From Octopus bimaculoides (lineage: Eukaryota), in the NCBI RefSeq assembly GCF_001194135.2, contig NC_068989.1, positions 10,688,358 through 10,752,357 on the forward strand: a stretch of 64,000 nt of DNA, written 5' to 3'. Numbering within the stretch: position 1 is the stretch's first letter; every line of letters starts with the position of its first letter. The translations under genes were made by a program, and so were the position numbers. Below, piece by piece: positions 1 to 11,389 of the stretch. The notes under the pieces were generated by a model that was not told the DNA's origin, searched no databases, and was given only the letters and a program-made list of their open reading frames with translations.

Positions 1-379
1 CTCTCTCTCCATTTATTTCCTCTTTTTCATTTTCTCACTCATTGATATTTCTTTTATCCTTGTCCTTTTTCATGCTTCTTTTCTCCTTCCACTGCGTTTT
101 CCTTATCAAAAACGAACGTAATCATTCGTTTCTCCCCACTCTTCATTATACACGATACCCACTTATAGATATTATGACAATATATCAGAAACATTGCTTG
201 GAAAACGCTAAATCATCGCTTTTCAGTTTACTATCATAAAGTAATAAACAAAATTAATATGTAAACATCGATTTAAAACCGTATTTAAATATTTCGAGTG
301 ATAATTGTCGGACAATTGAATTACAAGGAAACAAGCAAACAGTAAAAGAGAAGAAAAGAAGGAAAATAAGCAGCAGAAG

Positions 380-650
380 ATGGAGGCGGAGGAAGCAATG
401 GGCCACAACCCTCCAGAATAAATGGCGTGTTCAACCGCGCCCCGCGGTCCTGGCCGTGGTGGCGCTGCCGCGGAGAAAGGCCAGAAGTACTGGCTGCAAC
501 AGCCACTCCACCTCGTGGGGCTAATTTCTCAGACGGGTCGTCGTTATGCCGATTTTGTGGAGAAAAACAGTAGTGAAGGCTCCGAGAAAATCTGAGATCT
601 CAACGGTGACCGGCGCAAACTGATAGCGGCCGGTCAGGCTGCTGTATTTA
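380..650 (-). mobile_element. 3' fragment of CRE-like non-LTR retrotransposon (REL endonuclease C-terminus), degraded
   Basis: Minus frame reads KYSSLTGRYQFAPVTVEISDFLGAFTTVFLHKIGITTTRLRN*PHEVEWLLQPVLLAFLRGSA, resembling the CRE-clade end K.Y..L...Y.F.P.AVET.G..G....FL...LQR...A..RG.A; one in-frame stop; GC-rich island in AT-rich flanks. Confidence 0.55.
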
Positions 651-671
651 TTTATTTCTCTCTCCTCGAAA

Positions 672-835
672 CGACAGGCTTCTTTCAGTTTCTGTCTACC
701 AAATCAACACACAAAGCTTTGGTCGGCCCGAGGCTATAGTATAAGACACTTGTCCAAGATGGCACGCAGTGGGACTGAATCTGAAACCATGTGGTTGGGG
801 AGCAAACTTCTTACCACACAGCCACTCCTGCGTCT
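672..835 (-). mobile_element. SINE family A, tRNA-derived head
   Basis: Reverse complement of gcaggagtggctgtgtggtaag...ggttcagattcagtcccactgcgtg...cttcgggccgaccaaagc-type head (A/B-box-like); near-identical copies at 19088, 48685, 49858, 63822. Confidence 0.8.
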
Positions 836-1789
836 GTTGTGTTCTCGAACAAAACATTTCATTTAACGTAGCTCCAATCCAATCAACTGTAAATTAGTAA
901 TCCTGTGACAAAACTGAAATGACAAAACTGAAATGATCATTACTCGGTCACTCATACGCTATGGAGACTGGATAACCTCGACTTCACTGTATCAAAAAGG
1001 TCTGTTATTGGTTAGTTCTTACAATTTGTCAGTTTCTCTTTCTTTCATCTTTCTTAACACGCACATACATATTTGTTGGAAAACAAAAGTGAAACCAAAA
1101 GTTAAAACAAAAGTGAAATTTTCGCAATATAAATACACATTTAGATCCCGAGAAATAGATTCACAAAAACATCCATATTTAACTATATCTGATATCTAAA
1201 TGATGATAATACTGACAATTATAGATTCAATTGGTCCATTATGAAACACTCAAGCCACTACATTATTGATTCTAGAAGATGTAAACTTTGTCTCTCGGAG
1301 AAATATAGCATCCTGTTAAGCACTTTTGCGAGTTTAAGCACCCCTCCCAGAATAGATGAATTCTTTTAGACATTACCATCAATATTTGTCGAAGGACTTC
1401 AAAATATTACCTAGTTAAAATAGTTTATTTTTCACGGAACCAGCGGGGAACTGGTGTCGTTTATATTCTCATGCGTGCTCATCTAATATGCGTTTGATAA
1501 TTTTTTTTAGACGAATGCGCAAGGGCAGAGCTGCTATCGGCACAATTTTTGATCAAATAATGTGCAACATTTGTCACAAAAATTTTGAAACAAAATCAGG
1601 CTTGGTAGTCATCGCAGTTGAAATGCAAGAAAACCTGTTACAGTTACATATATGCAATGTTGCACTCAGGTCAAGAATTAACTCCTTGCCTATCTGAATA
1701 TAAATATACGTTCCGTGAAAATTAACGATAATCACCCAAACAATGACAGGACATCGCATAACTATCTCCTAAATATAACTACAAGCAAA

Positions 1790-2010
1790 AAGACAAGGAC
1801 TAGGAAATGTAATGTAAACTGGTACAATCGTCCATCCTTTCTGCTTGTTAAATTCCAATAAAATTCTTTGACGTCCTGAAGGAAACGTTTTCATCCCCAA
1901 TACAAATACCACAAATTATTTAATACTTTCACAGTTAAAATTTCATATTCTACTACAGCAAATTTGGCAAATAACATAATTGCCGCTAACCACCATAAAC
2001 TAAGACCACA
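1790..2010 (+). mobile_element. Penelope-like element fragment (RT C-terminal linker), degraded
   Basis: Reads RKCNVNWYNRP...QYKYHKLFNTFTVKISYSTTANLANNII, matching the PLE motif RK..I.WFNPP....HK.FN..TVK.SYS...N....I. Confidence 0.55.
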
Positions 2011-2039
2011 AAGCTTAAAAGAAAAGAATAATTCAACCC

Positions 2040-2610
2040 AGTTGTTAACAATAAATCGAAGAACTTAGTAATCAATACTATGCATGGAAACACGTTTCTA
2101 CAAGAGGCATAATACTTTCTACATAACTACACCAAACATAATTTTCCGTTTGAACAGATATCCAGATGTTCACTGCATGGGACATTCCTAAGAGATGACT
2201 CCCTAATTTGTTGTTTATGCATATTTACACGGTTGGTCACTTTTCTTCCTGTCTCTCCTATGTAGCTTTCATTGCACTGTAGGCATGTGATGCAGTAGAT
2301 GACCTTTTGGTTTTGCAATTCATGTATGCGTTCTCTTTTAATTCATTCTAATTCTTGAGTCTTTTGGTTGTCCCTTGCTCAATTAATTTGCAAATTGGAT
2401 ACTTGCATAGTTTCTTTTTCAAATGTGAAACTCGCCTTTGTTAAGAGTATCTTGGGGTTAGGTGGTTGTCTTCGACTGTTGCTAAGTTGTGATTTTTTGA
2501 TTATTCGTTGGAAATTTGCTGACTGATGTAGAATTGGGACGTATAGTTCGGCTGAGTGCAGGATGTAGTTTCTAGGATTGTGGGTGACTACAAATGGAAT
2601 ATTTGTATTT
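2040..2610 (-). mobile_element. Penelope-like element fragment with GIY-YIG endonuclease
   Basis: ORFs 2379-2756 (IPFVVTHNPRN...SRRQPPNPKILLTKA) and 2127-2318 (VIYCITCLQCNESYIGETG...H...CSEHLDIC) are typical PLE linker and GIY-YIG (IY...YIGET) sequences. Confidence 0.8.
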
Positions 2611-2759
2611 GTATATATATATTCCCAGCCCCACACCATCATCCACACACCTACACATGCACAGACGCACACGTCAATGTCACCAGCGCTCTTCCACGCA
2701 CACATACATACTCTCTTATACACATGCACGCTCACCTTAGTTTTGGGATACATCACTAC

Positions 2760-2995
2760 TTTATTACCGCCTTTCTTCTTAGATATCCTGTGTGACCCCT
2801 CTGTCCGGCATTCACCATGATAGATCGCTAGCGACTATACATTCTATATTTTTTCTCCTTGTTTCTTTCTGCGTTCCTTTCTGTGGAAGAGCGTAGGCTC
2901 GAAACGTTAAAGACTTTTTCACTTCCTGAGCGTTATACTAATACAGCTGTTTTTGTCTACATCACCTGTCTTCGTCTTTTGTTTGTTTTTGTGAA
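2760..2995 (+). mobile_element. Probable Penelope pseudo-LTR terminus with hammerhead-like motif
   Basis: CTTT-CTGTGGA-A-GAGC gtag GCTC-GAAAC GTT-AAAG at 2877-2912, next to the PLE fragment; the tail acacc/atcacctgtcttcgtct recurs at ~20140. Confidence 0.55.
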
Positions 2996-3693
2996 TNNNN
3001 NNNNNNNNNNNNNNNNNNNNNNNNNNNNNNNNNNNNNNNNNNNNNNNNNNNNNNNNNNNNNNNNNNNNNNNNNNNNNNNNNNNNNNNNNNNNNNNNNNNN
3101 NNNNNNNNNNNNNNNNNNNNNNNNNNNNNNNNNNNNNNNNNNNNNNNNNNNNNNNNNNNNNNNNNNNNNNNNNNNNNNNNNNNNNNNNNNNNNNNNNNNN
3201 NNNNNNNNNNNNNNNNNNNNNNNNNNNNNNNNNNNNNNNNNNNNNNNNNNNNNNNNNNTATATATATATGTCTGTATGTGTATGCATGTAACTATTTGCA
3301 TACATATATGTATAAGTATATATGTATACACACATATATGTCTATATATGTCTATATGTGTGTATATGTATGTATTTGAGTGTATATATGTATATATATA
3401 CACATGCATTTACTTGTTTATTCGATTTGTAAACACCTAATGATTTTCAAACTATTGATTAATAAAGTCAAAACATTATCAGAAAAGTCATTCCTATTCA
3501 TTTTTCCAGCTAAACGAGGCTGTGTTTTCCAAAAATGGAATCGACTTGAAAGATTGTTTAGACACTAGGATATTTTCCTACTTTTCTTAACATGAAACCA
3601 ATGGTAGCCTTAATTCACGGAAAAAAGAAAGTATATCCATCAATGCGCTGTCGAGCACTCATTTTCATCTCACCGTTTAACATTTCGTATATA

Positions 3694-3731
<38 letters not shown>

Positions 3732-4284
3732 CACAAGTACACACACGCACGCACACACACACACATACGTATGTATGTGTATATATAACGTGTGTGTGTA
3801 TATTTATATATATTTTGGTGAGCACAAGTGTAGTCCTTCTATGTGTGTATAAGCGGTCGGTTGGACTTCGTGAGTACAGTCCTTGTGTTAGTGTCCTCTG
3901 GGTCTTATACCTCTTTACCAAATTATATAAGTTTATATTTAGTGACCTTTGACTATTATGCTGTCTATCCTTTCACTTGTTACTGGGTGTTACCAACTTA
4001 GATTGGGTACATGAGGTTATCACCAACTTAGTATAGAATCATACATTTACAACTCCGGTTATCATCTTCAGGAATTGTATTAAAATACTGATCATCACCA
4101 TAACCCTCTCTGCCCCCTTCTCTTTATTTAAACTGCCTTTTGTACACTTACTGCATTTCTATTTTTCTCCCCCTACCACGTATCTCTATATATGTATTTT
4201 TTCATTTATTTTCACTTAATTTTACACTGATCCTCCTTTTTTATATTTTTCATTTTATTTTAAATATTATATATATATATATAT

Positions 4285-4510
4285 TTATAGGAAGGACAAC
4301 AAAAGAAAGAAAGAGACCTCGATATTATGTAAATAGAGGAATTTATCTGTAAAAATATGTGGCGCTTATTCAGTAGCCATGATAACGGTCATTTTTCACA
4401 GGAATTTTCAATGGCCAAATAACTGAAGAGATGTTGGCGTGGGCTCCCACCCTGGCATCCGAAACTCGGAATTTTATCATGGCTACTGAATAAGTGTCAC
4501 ATGTTTTTTT
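4285..4510. repeat. Inverted-repeat element (29-bp arms 4356-4385 / 4474-4501) containing a hammerhead-like core
   Basis: tgtggcgcttattcagtagccatgataa ... ttatcatggctactgaataagtgtcaca (2 mismatches); internal CTGAAGA-GATG..CATC-C-GAAAC. Second copy at 4751-4900 across an N gap. Confidence 0.6.
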
Positions 4511-4527
4511 ATATATATCTATATCTA

Positions 4528-4570
<43 letters not shown>

Positions 4571-4922
4571 NNNNNNNNNNNNNNNNNNNNNNNNNNNNNN
4601 NNNNNNNNNNNNNNNNNNNNNNNNNNNNNNNNNNNNNNNNNNNNNNNNNNNNNNNNNNNNNNNNNNNNNNNNNNNNNNNNNNNNNNNNNNNNNNNNNNNN
4701 NNNNNNNNNNNNNNNNNNNNNNNNNNNNNNNNNNNNNNNNNNNNNNNNNNNATGTGGCGCTTATTCAGTAGCCATGATAACGGTCATTTTTCACAGGAAT
4801 TTTCAATGGCCAAATAACTGAAGAGATGTTGGCGTGGGCTCCCACCCTGGCATCCGAAACTCGGAATTTTATCATGGCTACTGAATAAGTGTCACATGTT
4901 TTTTTATATATATCTATATCTA

Positions 4923-4983
<61 letters not shown>

Positions 4984-5029
4984 GTCTATCTATATCTATC
5001 TATATCTATCTGTGTATCTTTATCTGTCT

Positions 5030-5113
<84 letters not shown>

Positions 5114-5150
5114 ATATATATACATACATACATGTGTGTGTGTGTGTGTG
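4510..5150. repeat. (CTAT)n / (TA)n / (TG)n microsatellite block with N gap
   Basis: Direct reading of the tandem tetranucleotide array. Confidence 0.95.
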
Positions 5151-5446
5151 TATTTACTTACTGTTTTATTTAGTATACTTTTACTTTTTATTGTTTGCCA
5201 CAATCTTGTTCAGTCTTTTTTCTTCCTTTTTCTCTCTTCATCGTTTGCTTTAGTGGAATGAATAAATCCCAGCACTCATCTCTTTGATAAGCCTGGTACT
5301 CATTCTATCGGACTCTTTTGCTGGATCGCTAAGATTATGGAGAACTAAACGCACCAACACCGGTTGTCAAATGGTGGTGGGGGACAAACTCAGACGCAAA
5401 GACACACATACACACACACACACACATGCATACATACATACATACA

Positions 5447-5478
<32 letters not shown>

Positions 5479-7714
5479 CCGGTTAAATCTAAAATTTAAA
5501 AATAGGATAAAATCTTTGAGAATTTATTAAGTAGTCAGCGTGAAAAACCTCCTAAGGGAAAAATTATAATTAATTCCCTTTAAAATATATTGACACACAC
5601 ACACACATATATATACTCTAAAACCACATCAAAATATTGGTTTTAGGGTCAAGGTTTGATTGCTATCTCTTGCATGATGGTATCTTTTAGATACCCTTAA
5701 TTATAATTTTAATAATAATTATTACCTATGAGGTTTTTATTCCCATGCTAGCCACTTGATATGATTCATATTAAAAAAAAACATATTATCCTTATTTATA
5801 TAAATTTATATATNNNNNNNNNNNNNNNNNNNNNNNNNNNNNNNNNNNNNNNNNNNNNNNNNNNNNNNNNNNNNNNNNNNNNNNNNNNNNNNNNNNNTAT
5901 ATATAAAGACGGGTTTCTTTCAGTTCCAGTCTACCAGATCCATTCACAAGGTTTTTGGTTGGCCCGAGGCTAAAATAGAAGACACTTTCCCAATATATTT
6001 GATTGCCTCATTTTGTCAGATGTGGGTGAGTGTGTGTGTGTTATATTATACTGTATTTAGATAAATAAAGTTCTGAAGTTGCATACGAGATCGTTACAAT
6101 ATTATTGAATTTCGAGGAACTCTGAAACATCTTAGCCAAAAATGGTATACACAGGATATCGATTCTCAATTGTTTTTTTTCGGGGATACACATTTTTCAC
6201 ATGGAAAAACCTCCTACATCTAGACTTCTCAGTTGTAATCGAGCACTACACTAATTCCGTGTAAAACGTGTTAAAATATTGGAAATGCATCTGTTTCAGA
6301 TATTTCTTTTTCAGAAATATATCGAAACTCTTGCTATGGCCTTGTAATATTATTACAATGCAAATATAACAGAATACCCACTCAGTTGACGTCCAAGTGT
6401 CTTGACCATTCGATACCTCTGCCAAAACATATTCGATGAATATTTTGTTATATTAGAGTGTTGTATATTCACCTGATTCTAGATTTATTTGGTTTTAAGA
6501 TCGCGTGGTTTAAGGTGTAATGTAAAATAGCTTAAGACACAAAGTATTAATTCAATGGCGTACATGTCAACTATCCTCTGAAAATTATAAGGACTATATC
6601 CATAGCTGCGAGGTAGCCGCTATCAGAAACTTGTCTCTCCAATACCTTGAACAGTTAGATTTATGTAAGTGCCATTAATGTTGATAATTTGTTGTTGCAT
6701 GAAATAGAAGTGCTGTAAGTTTGACATTGGTTTCATAGGCTTTTAATCGATTTTTAATTGCTCCTGTTGGTAAAAATTGAAACGTGCTTTTCCTAAATAT
6801 ACTATGTAAAACTAACCAACGGTATTCAGATGACTAAATGAGCTAAAGCATGGTCCACATATAAAATGACTTTAAGATTATATTACCAAGCTGTCACTTT
6901 CTAAAGTTATTCATACTAATTTTAGTAAAATCACGCAATATTGCATTTGAATTATTTCATAACAAAACTTAACCTTGTATTTTATTTTCATGATGTTAAT
7001 AAAGGAAGTGCAAGAAGTACACCGTGGTACAGAGTTAATCAACATTCCTTCTGTTCAATAATTATTTGCCCTTAAACTTCTACGTATTTAGCATTAATTA
7101 AATGTATTACACTATCCAGCTTCGGTTTTCTCGATTCCACAACCAAAATCCATCAGTATCGGCTTTGCTTTTCAGTATTTCTAGCTCGAAGAAATAATTA
7201 TTATTAACATATGGGATGAAATCAATGAATTATTTCCCGTTCTCTAAAAACTGTCCCTATGTTTGTGTAATAAATTCTTATTGAGCGCAACTTATTGAAA
7301 ATCTAATTGTTACACTATTTTATTATTTCAGGGCTGGACAATGTGCTTAGTAGCATTTTTTCCGGCTCTTTACGATCTGTGTTCAAATTCCGCTGAGGTC
7401 GACTTTGCCTTTCAACCTTTCGGGGGTTGAACACAATCCCTCTCTTAAAATTGTTGGTCTTGTGTAAAAATTTGAAACTATTATTTCACTATTTTGCATA
7501 TGTGAATTAAGTTTGACTTAGCACTTTTCAGTAACAATATTAGGGGGCTTAATCTATTAATCGTGTTATCCACTCACAATGCAAAATGCTATGTTATTAT
7601 GACGTAATCTTCAAAGTCAGAAGTAATCTAATAATTAGGTTTGTTCAATATATTATACATCTTTCCTCTTATGGAAAGATATCGTAAGTATAAAACGCTA
7701 TCACATCGTAATGA

Positions 7715-7925
7715 CAGTGATGACGGCGGCAATGATGATGATAACGATGACATGAACGACGGCGCTGTCAATGACAACGACAAAGCAGAAGACGTCGATG
7801 ACGAGAATGTTGATGATGATGATGACGAGAATGACTGTATGATGATGATGATGCCGACGATGACGACTGTGGTGATGTGGTGATGATGATGATGATAACG
7901 TGACGACGACGAGGACGACGATGAT
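7715..7925. repeat. Degenerate (GAT/GAC)n trinucleotide tract
   Basis: Low-complexity gat/gac run just downstream of the vWA gene polyA signal; source of spurious poly-Asp/His ORFs. Confidence 0.85.
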
Positions 7926-7969
7926 ATACCTGTAGATAATTACTATTAGACATACGATTTTAATTGCTA

Positions 7970-7975
7970 TTTATT
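7970..7975 (-). other. Putative polyadenylation signal AATAAA of the vWA gene
   Basis: AATAAA on the minus strand ~20 nt after the TAA stop at 7996-7998. Confidence 0.5.
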
Positions 7976-7995
7976 GTGATACATTCAAAAATTTG

Positions 7996-8579
7996 TTAAT
8001 CATTTTTAATGACCTCAACGCGACAAACTTTCTTAAAAAGAGATTTATGAATGGTCTTTAAAGTAGAATAACTTGCAGTTCTGAACACTTTATCATCTGA
8101 ACCTGCAATCATTCGTAGCTCTGCAGGGTCCACAGCCTGCCCGATTCCAATAGTAAAGACCACAATATCTGTTTTATGGATAGCTTTAGACTCACGAGCC
8201 GTCTTCGTTGGACTCTGTGCTTGTCCATCTGTAATGACAATGAGAATATGCGGCACACCATCACGGCCGCCATTTGCTTTGCTAAAGCCTTCCTCGCGAA
8301 TAAGTTTCAGTGCATCTCCAGTGTTTGTATCGCCATGGTTCCGTTTAATACTAAGAACAGCATTCTCCAGATCATGCGATTTTGAAAACTGGTTCAGTTT
8401 TATCCGATATATAACGTTGCTGCTGAATGTAACCACTCCGATTTGTGTGGCATTAATGCCAATTAGACTGTCTCTTATGAACGAAATCAAGAAACTTAGC
8501 TGTATTCCGAAATCATCATCATAGATACTGGTTGACTCGTCTAACAGAAAGATAATATCAGATGGATTCACTCCACACA
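7996..8579 (-). CDS. Secreted tandem-vWA protein, exon 3 (vWA domain 2 + stop)
   Basis: Acceptor ttttgatattgcag|TG at 8580-81; reads VCGVNPSDIIFLLDESTS...GDTNTGDAL...LIVITDG...VFTIGIG...KKVCRVEVIKND*; intact MIDAS DxSxS...T...D. Confidence 0.9.
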
Positions 8580-8910
8580 CTGCAATATCAAAAAGAGTAT
8601 CAAATATCAGAAGCGATAAAACAAACATAACTTAATTATTAAACGTATGGATATATGTTACATATACGTATACACACGCATACACACATACGTATACACA
8701 CATACGTATACACACGCACACACAAACATATATACACGTATGTGTATATGTTTGTGTGTGTATATGTTTGTGTGTGTGTGTGTGTATGTATGTGTGTGTT
8801 TGTGTGTGCGTGTGTGTGTGTGTGTGTATGTATTACTAAATGACCCAAAATTACCAAACCTTTTTTATCATCTTGAAAGAAAAAAAAGAAATCAGAAATA
8901 TGAAACAAAC

Positions 8911-9471
8911 CTTTGATACAAACGTTTTTAATAATTTCAGATGTTAATGCTTTAAGGGCATCAAATTTCTCGATCTGGAATATATTGGATGGTTTCGATG
9001 CTATAGCTTTCAACTCATCCGTATCAACACTTGGTCCGATGCCAATAGTGAAAACTCGAAGAGGATCTTTATGTAGGATTTTGGCTGCTTCTATAGTTTT
9101 CTTCTTTTCATTAGATCCGCCATCAGTAATCATAATAACAATTTTGGGCACACCAATTCGTCCTCCATTGTCTGTAGTGAATATTTCTTGACGGATATGA
9201 TCCAATGCTAACCAAGTGTGAGTCCTGCCACCAAGATATAAAATATCTGAAACAGCCTTTTGTAATTCTGCTTTAGTTTTATATTTATTCAAATTGAATT
9301 CCGTCTGGACAGTGGTACTGAAGGTGACCACTGCTATTCTAATGGTTCCATTGTCGATATCCATACTTTCAGTAAAATTATTCACAAAAGCTAATTGTTG
9401 TTTGAATTGAGAAGGATACATGCTAGTAGAGCAATCTAGGAGAAAAACGATATCGGCTGGGTTATCGCATT
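8911..9471 (-). CDS. Secreted tandem-vWA protein, exon 2 (vWA domain 1)
   Basis: Acceptor tctttacag|AA at 9472-73, donor AAAG|gtttgt at 8909-10; 561 nt, phase 1-1; ECDNPADIVFLLDCSTS...GGRTHT...IMITDG...VFTIGIG...KNVCIK. Confidence 0.92.
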
Positions 9472-10026
9472 CTGTAAAGATAGAAAATATTATATAAATA
9501 TAAATGCAAAGAGAAAAAAGAAAACAGTGAAATCACCTTGAATAAGTTTCTTATTAATTAGCGGATTTTTAATTAACATGTTATACATAATGAGAAATAT
9601 TATAAATCTGACGAACATGAACATTCTAGAATGCTATAATGATTTTAATTTCTTTGTTTTTATCAAACAAGTTTATTCTTTTAGAATACAAACATGTACA
9701 ATATACACTACATACTTATAAGTTTATATATACATATGTCTATGTATATCTTTATGTCTGTGTTTATTCTTCTACCATCGCTTGACAATTGGTGTCCGTT
9801 TGTTTGCGTCGCCGTACGCTTGCGGTTCATTAAAAGAGAGCGATACAATAAGCGTGAAATTTTAAAAGAAAAGCACTGGGATCGATATGTTCGACCGTAC
9901 TCTTCAAGGCAGTGGCCCAGCGTGGCCGCACTCCAATGACTGGAACAAGTAAAAAAATAAAGATAATATATATGTATGTATGTATGTATATATACATACA
10001 TAAATACATACATAAATACATACATA

Positions 10027-10067
<41 letters not shown>

Positions 10068-10499
10068 GTGTGTGTGTTTCACTATTATAACCATGAGTAA
10101 AATCGTTGATTAAATTATTAGATAAAACGAAAGCATAACAAAAGATATCAACGTTAGAAACAATATTAATGTTGATTTAAAATTGTTAGTGAAATAAAAA
10201 TTCCATTAGTAATTAAAAAAACTAGCGATGTGCGCTCGAAAACGACTTAGCGAGTAAGATGACTACTCACTCTGTTACTCCTTTATTTTCTTAACTGGCT
10301 CAAGTCGCTGGAGGGTTTTTTGTCAATTATATCTATACTCATAATTTCTATGATTTTTATTTTATCAGCATCCGTAGGGAACTATATGGCTTAATCGACA
10401 AGGCGTAAAGGGATGTAGCCGAGACGAGAGAGGAATCTATGTACAACAAGGTATTTTCGAAAGACGTACGGTATTTTGCCAAATTCCACCGACACACTT

Positions 10500-10945
10500 A
10501 CCTTTGACTTTTATTTGTTTTAGTCACTGGAGTGTGGCCAGCGTCCTCCAGTAAATCGATTACGGTACTTATTTTTTTTAAAGTCTGATGCTTATTAACA
10601 CCGGTATCTTTTGCCGAACCGCTAATGTACGAGGACGTAAACAAACCAACACTGGTTGTCAAATCAAGTGGTGGTGAGGAACGAATATAGCGCAAACACA
10701 AACACACACACGCACTCACAAATATACATACATACATACATACATACATACATACATACATACATACATACATACATACATACACATACATATATTTTCT
10801 CCCTGCCATATCCAATTTTATGGCTTTTATCGGCACGGGGGCCAATGTAGAAGACACTTGTCCAAGGTACCACACAGTGGGACTGAACCTGAAATCACAT
10901 GACTGGGAAACAGCTCCTCAACCATGCAGCCACACCTGTGCCTGT
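10500..10945 (-). mobile_element. SINE family A, full-length copy with internal (TATG)n microsatellite (vWA intron 1)
   Basis: Head at 10945-10820, (CATA)n at 10725-10790, conserved tail (ttgacaaccagtgttggtttgtttacgtcc...cggttcggcaaaag...tgactaaaacaaataaaag) at 10690-10500. Confidence 0.75.
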
Positions 10946-11262
10946 ACATTATATACATTTTTTATATATTACCCTTATGTACGCCCTTATATGTATGTAT
11001 GCATATATGTATGTATGTGTGTATGTGTGCATGTATGCATGTGTCTATGTATGTGTGTGTATGTATATATACTCACACACACGCACGCACGTGAGCACAC
11101 ACACACGCACACGCACACACAGAGAGAGAAGAAATGCCGCAAAGTATTTTGTCCGACTCTCTAATGAATATCCAGTCCACTGAATAACGACAACAACAAC
11201 AGTAATAGCAACAATAATGTGTAAATTACTAGCCAAAAAAAAAAAAAAAAAAATATCACTAC

Positions 11263-11344
11263 CTGATAATTCTTTCATAAATGGCAAGGCATTGCCAAGC
11301 TGGAAGAGCGTCAGAGACACAGCGAAAAGCAGGAAAGGAGCCAT
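11263..11344 (-). CDS. Secreted tandem-vWA protein, exon 1 (signal peptide)
   Basis: caacATGG start; MAPFLLFAVSLTLFQLGNALPFMKELS is a hydrophobic signal peptide; donor TCAG|gtagt is phase 1 and joins exon 2 in frame (82+561+584=1227 nt, 408 aa). Confidence 0.8.
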
Positions 11345-11357
11345 GTTGAATAATAAC

Positions 11358-11389
11358 AAATGACTAGATCATGACACAATATATAAATA
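11358..11389 (-). promoter_or_regulatory. Putative TATA + initiator core promoter of the vWA gene
   Basis: Minus strand TATTTATATAT (11389-11379) lies 24-28 nt upstream of the Inr-like TCATTT (11363-11358), which is ~17 nt before the ATG. Confidence 0.35.

Noticed and set aside
4751-4960. Exact second copy of 4356-4570
   Set aside because: Identical sequence on both sides of an N gap beside a microsatellite; typical scaffolding overlap artefact rather than a real tandem duplication.
7641-7953. Asp-rich and His/Ser-rich ORFs
   Set aside because: Translations of a degenerate (GAT)n tract; no splice or domain support.
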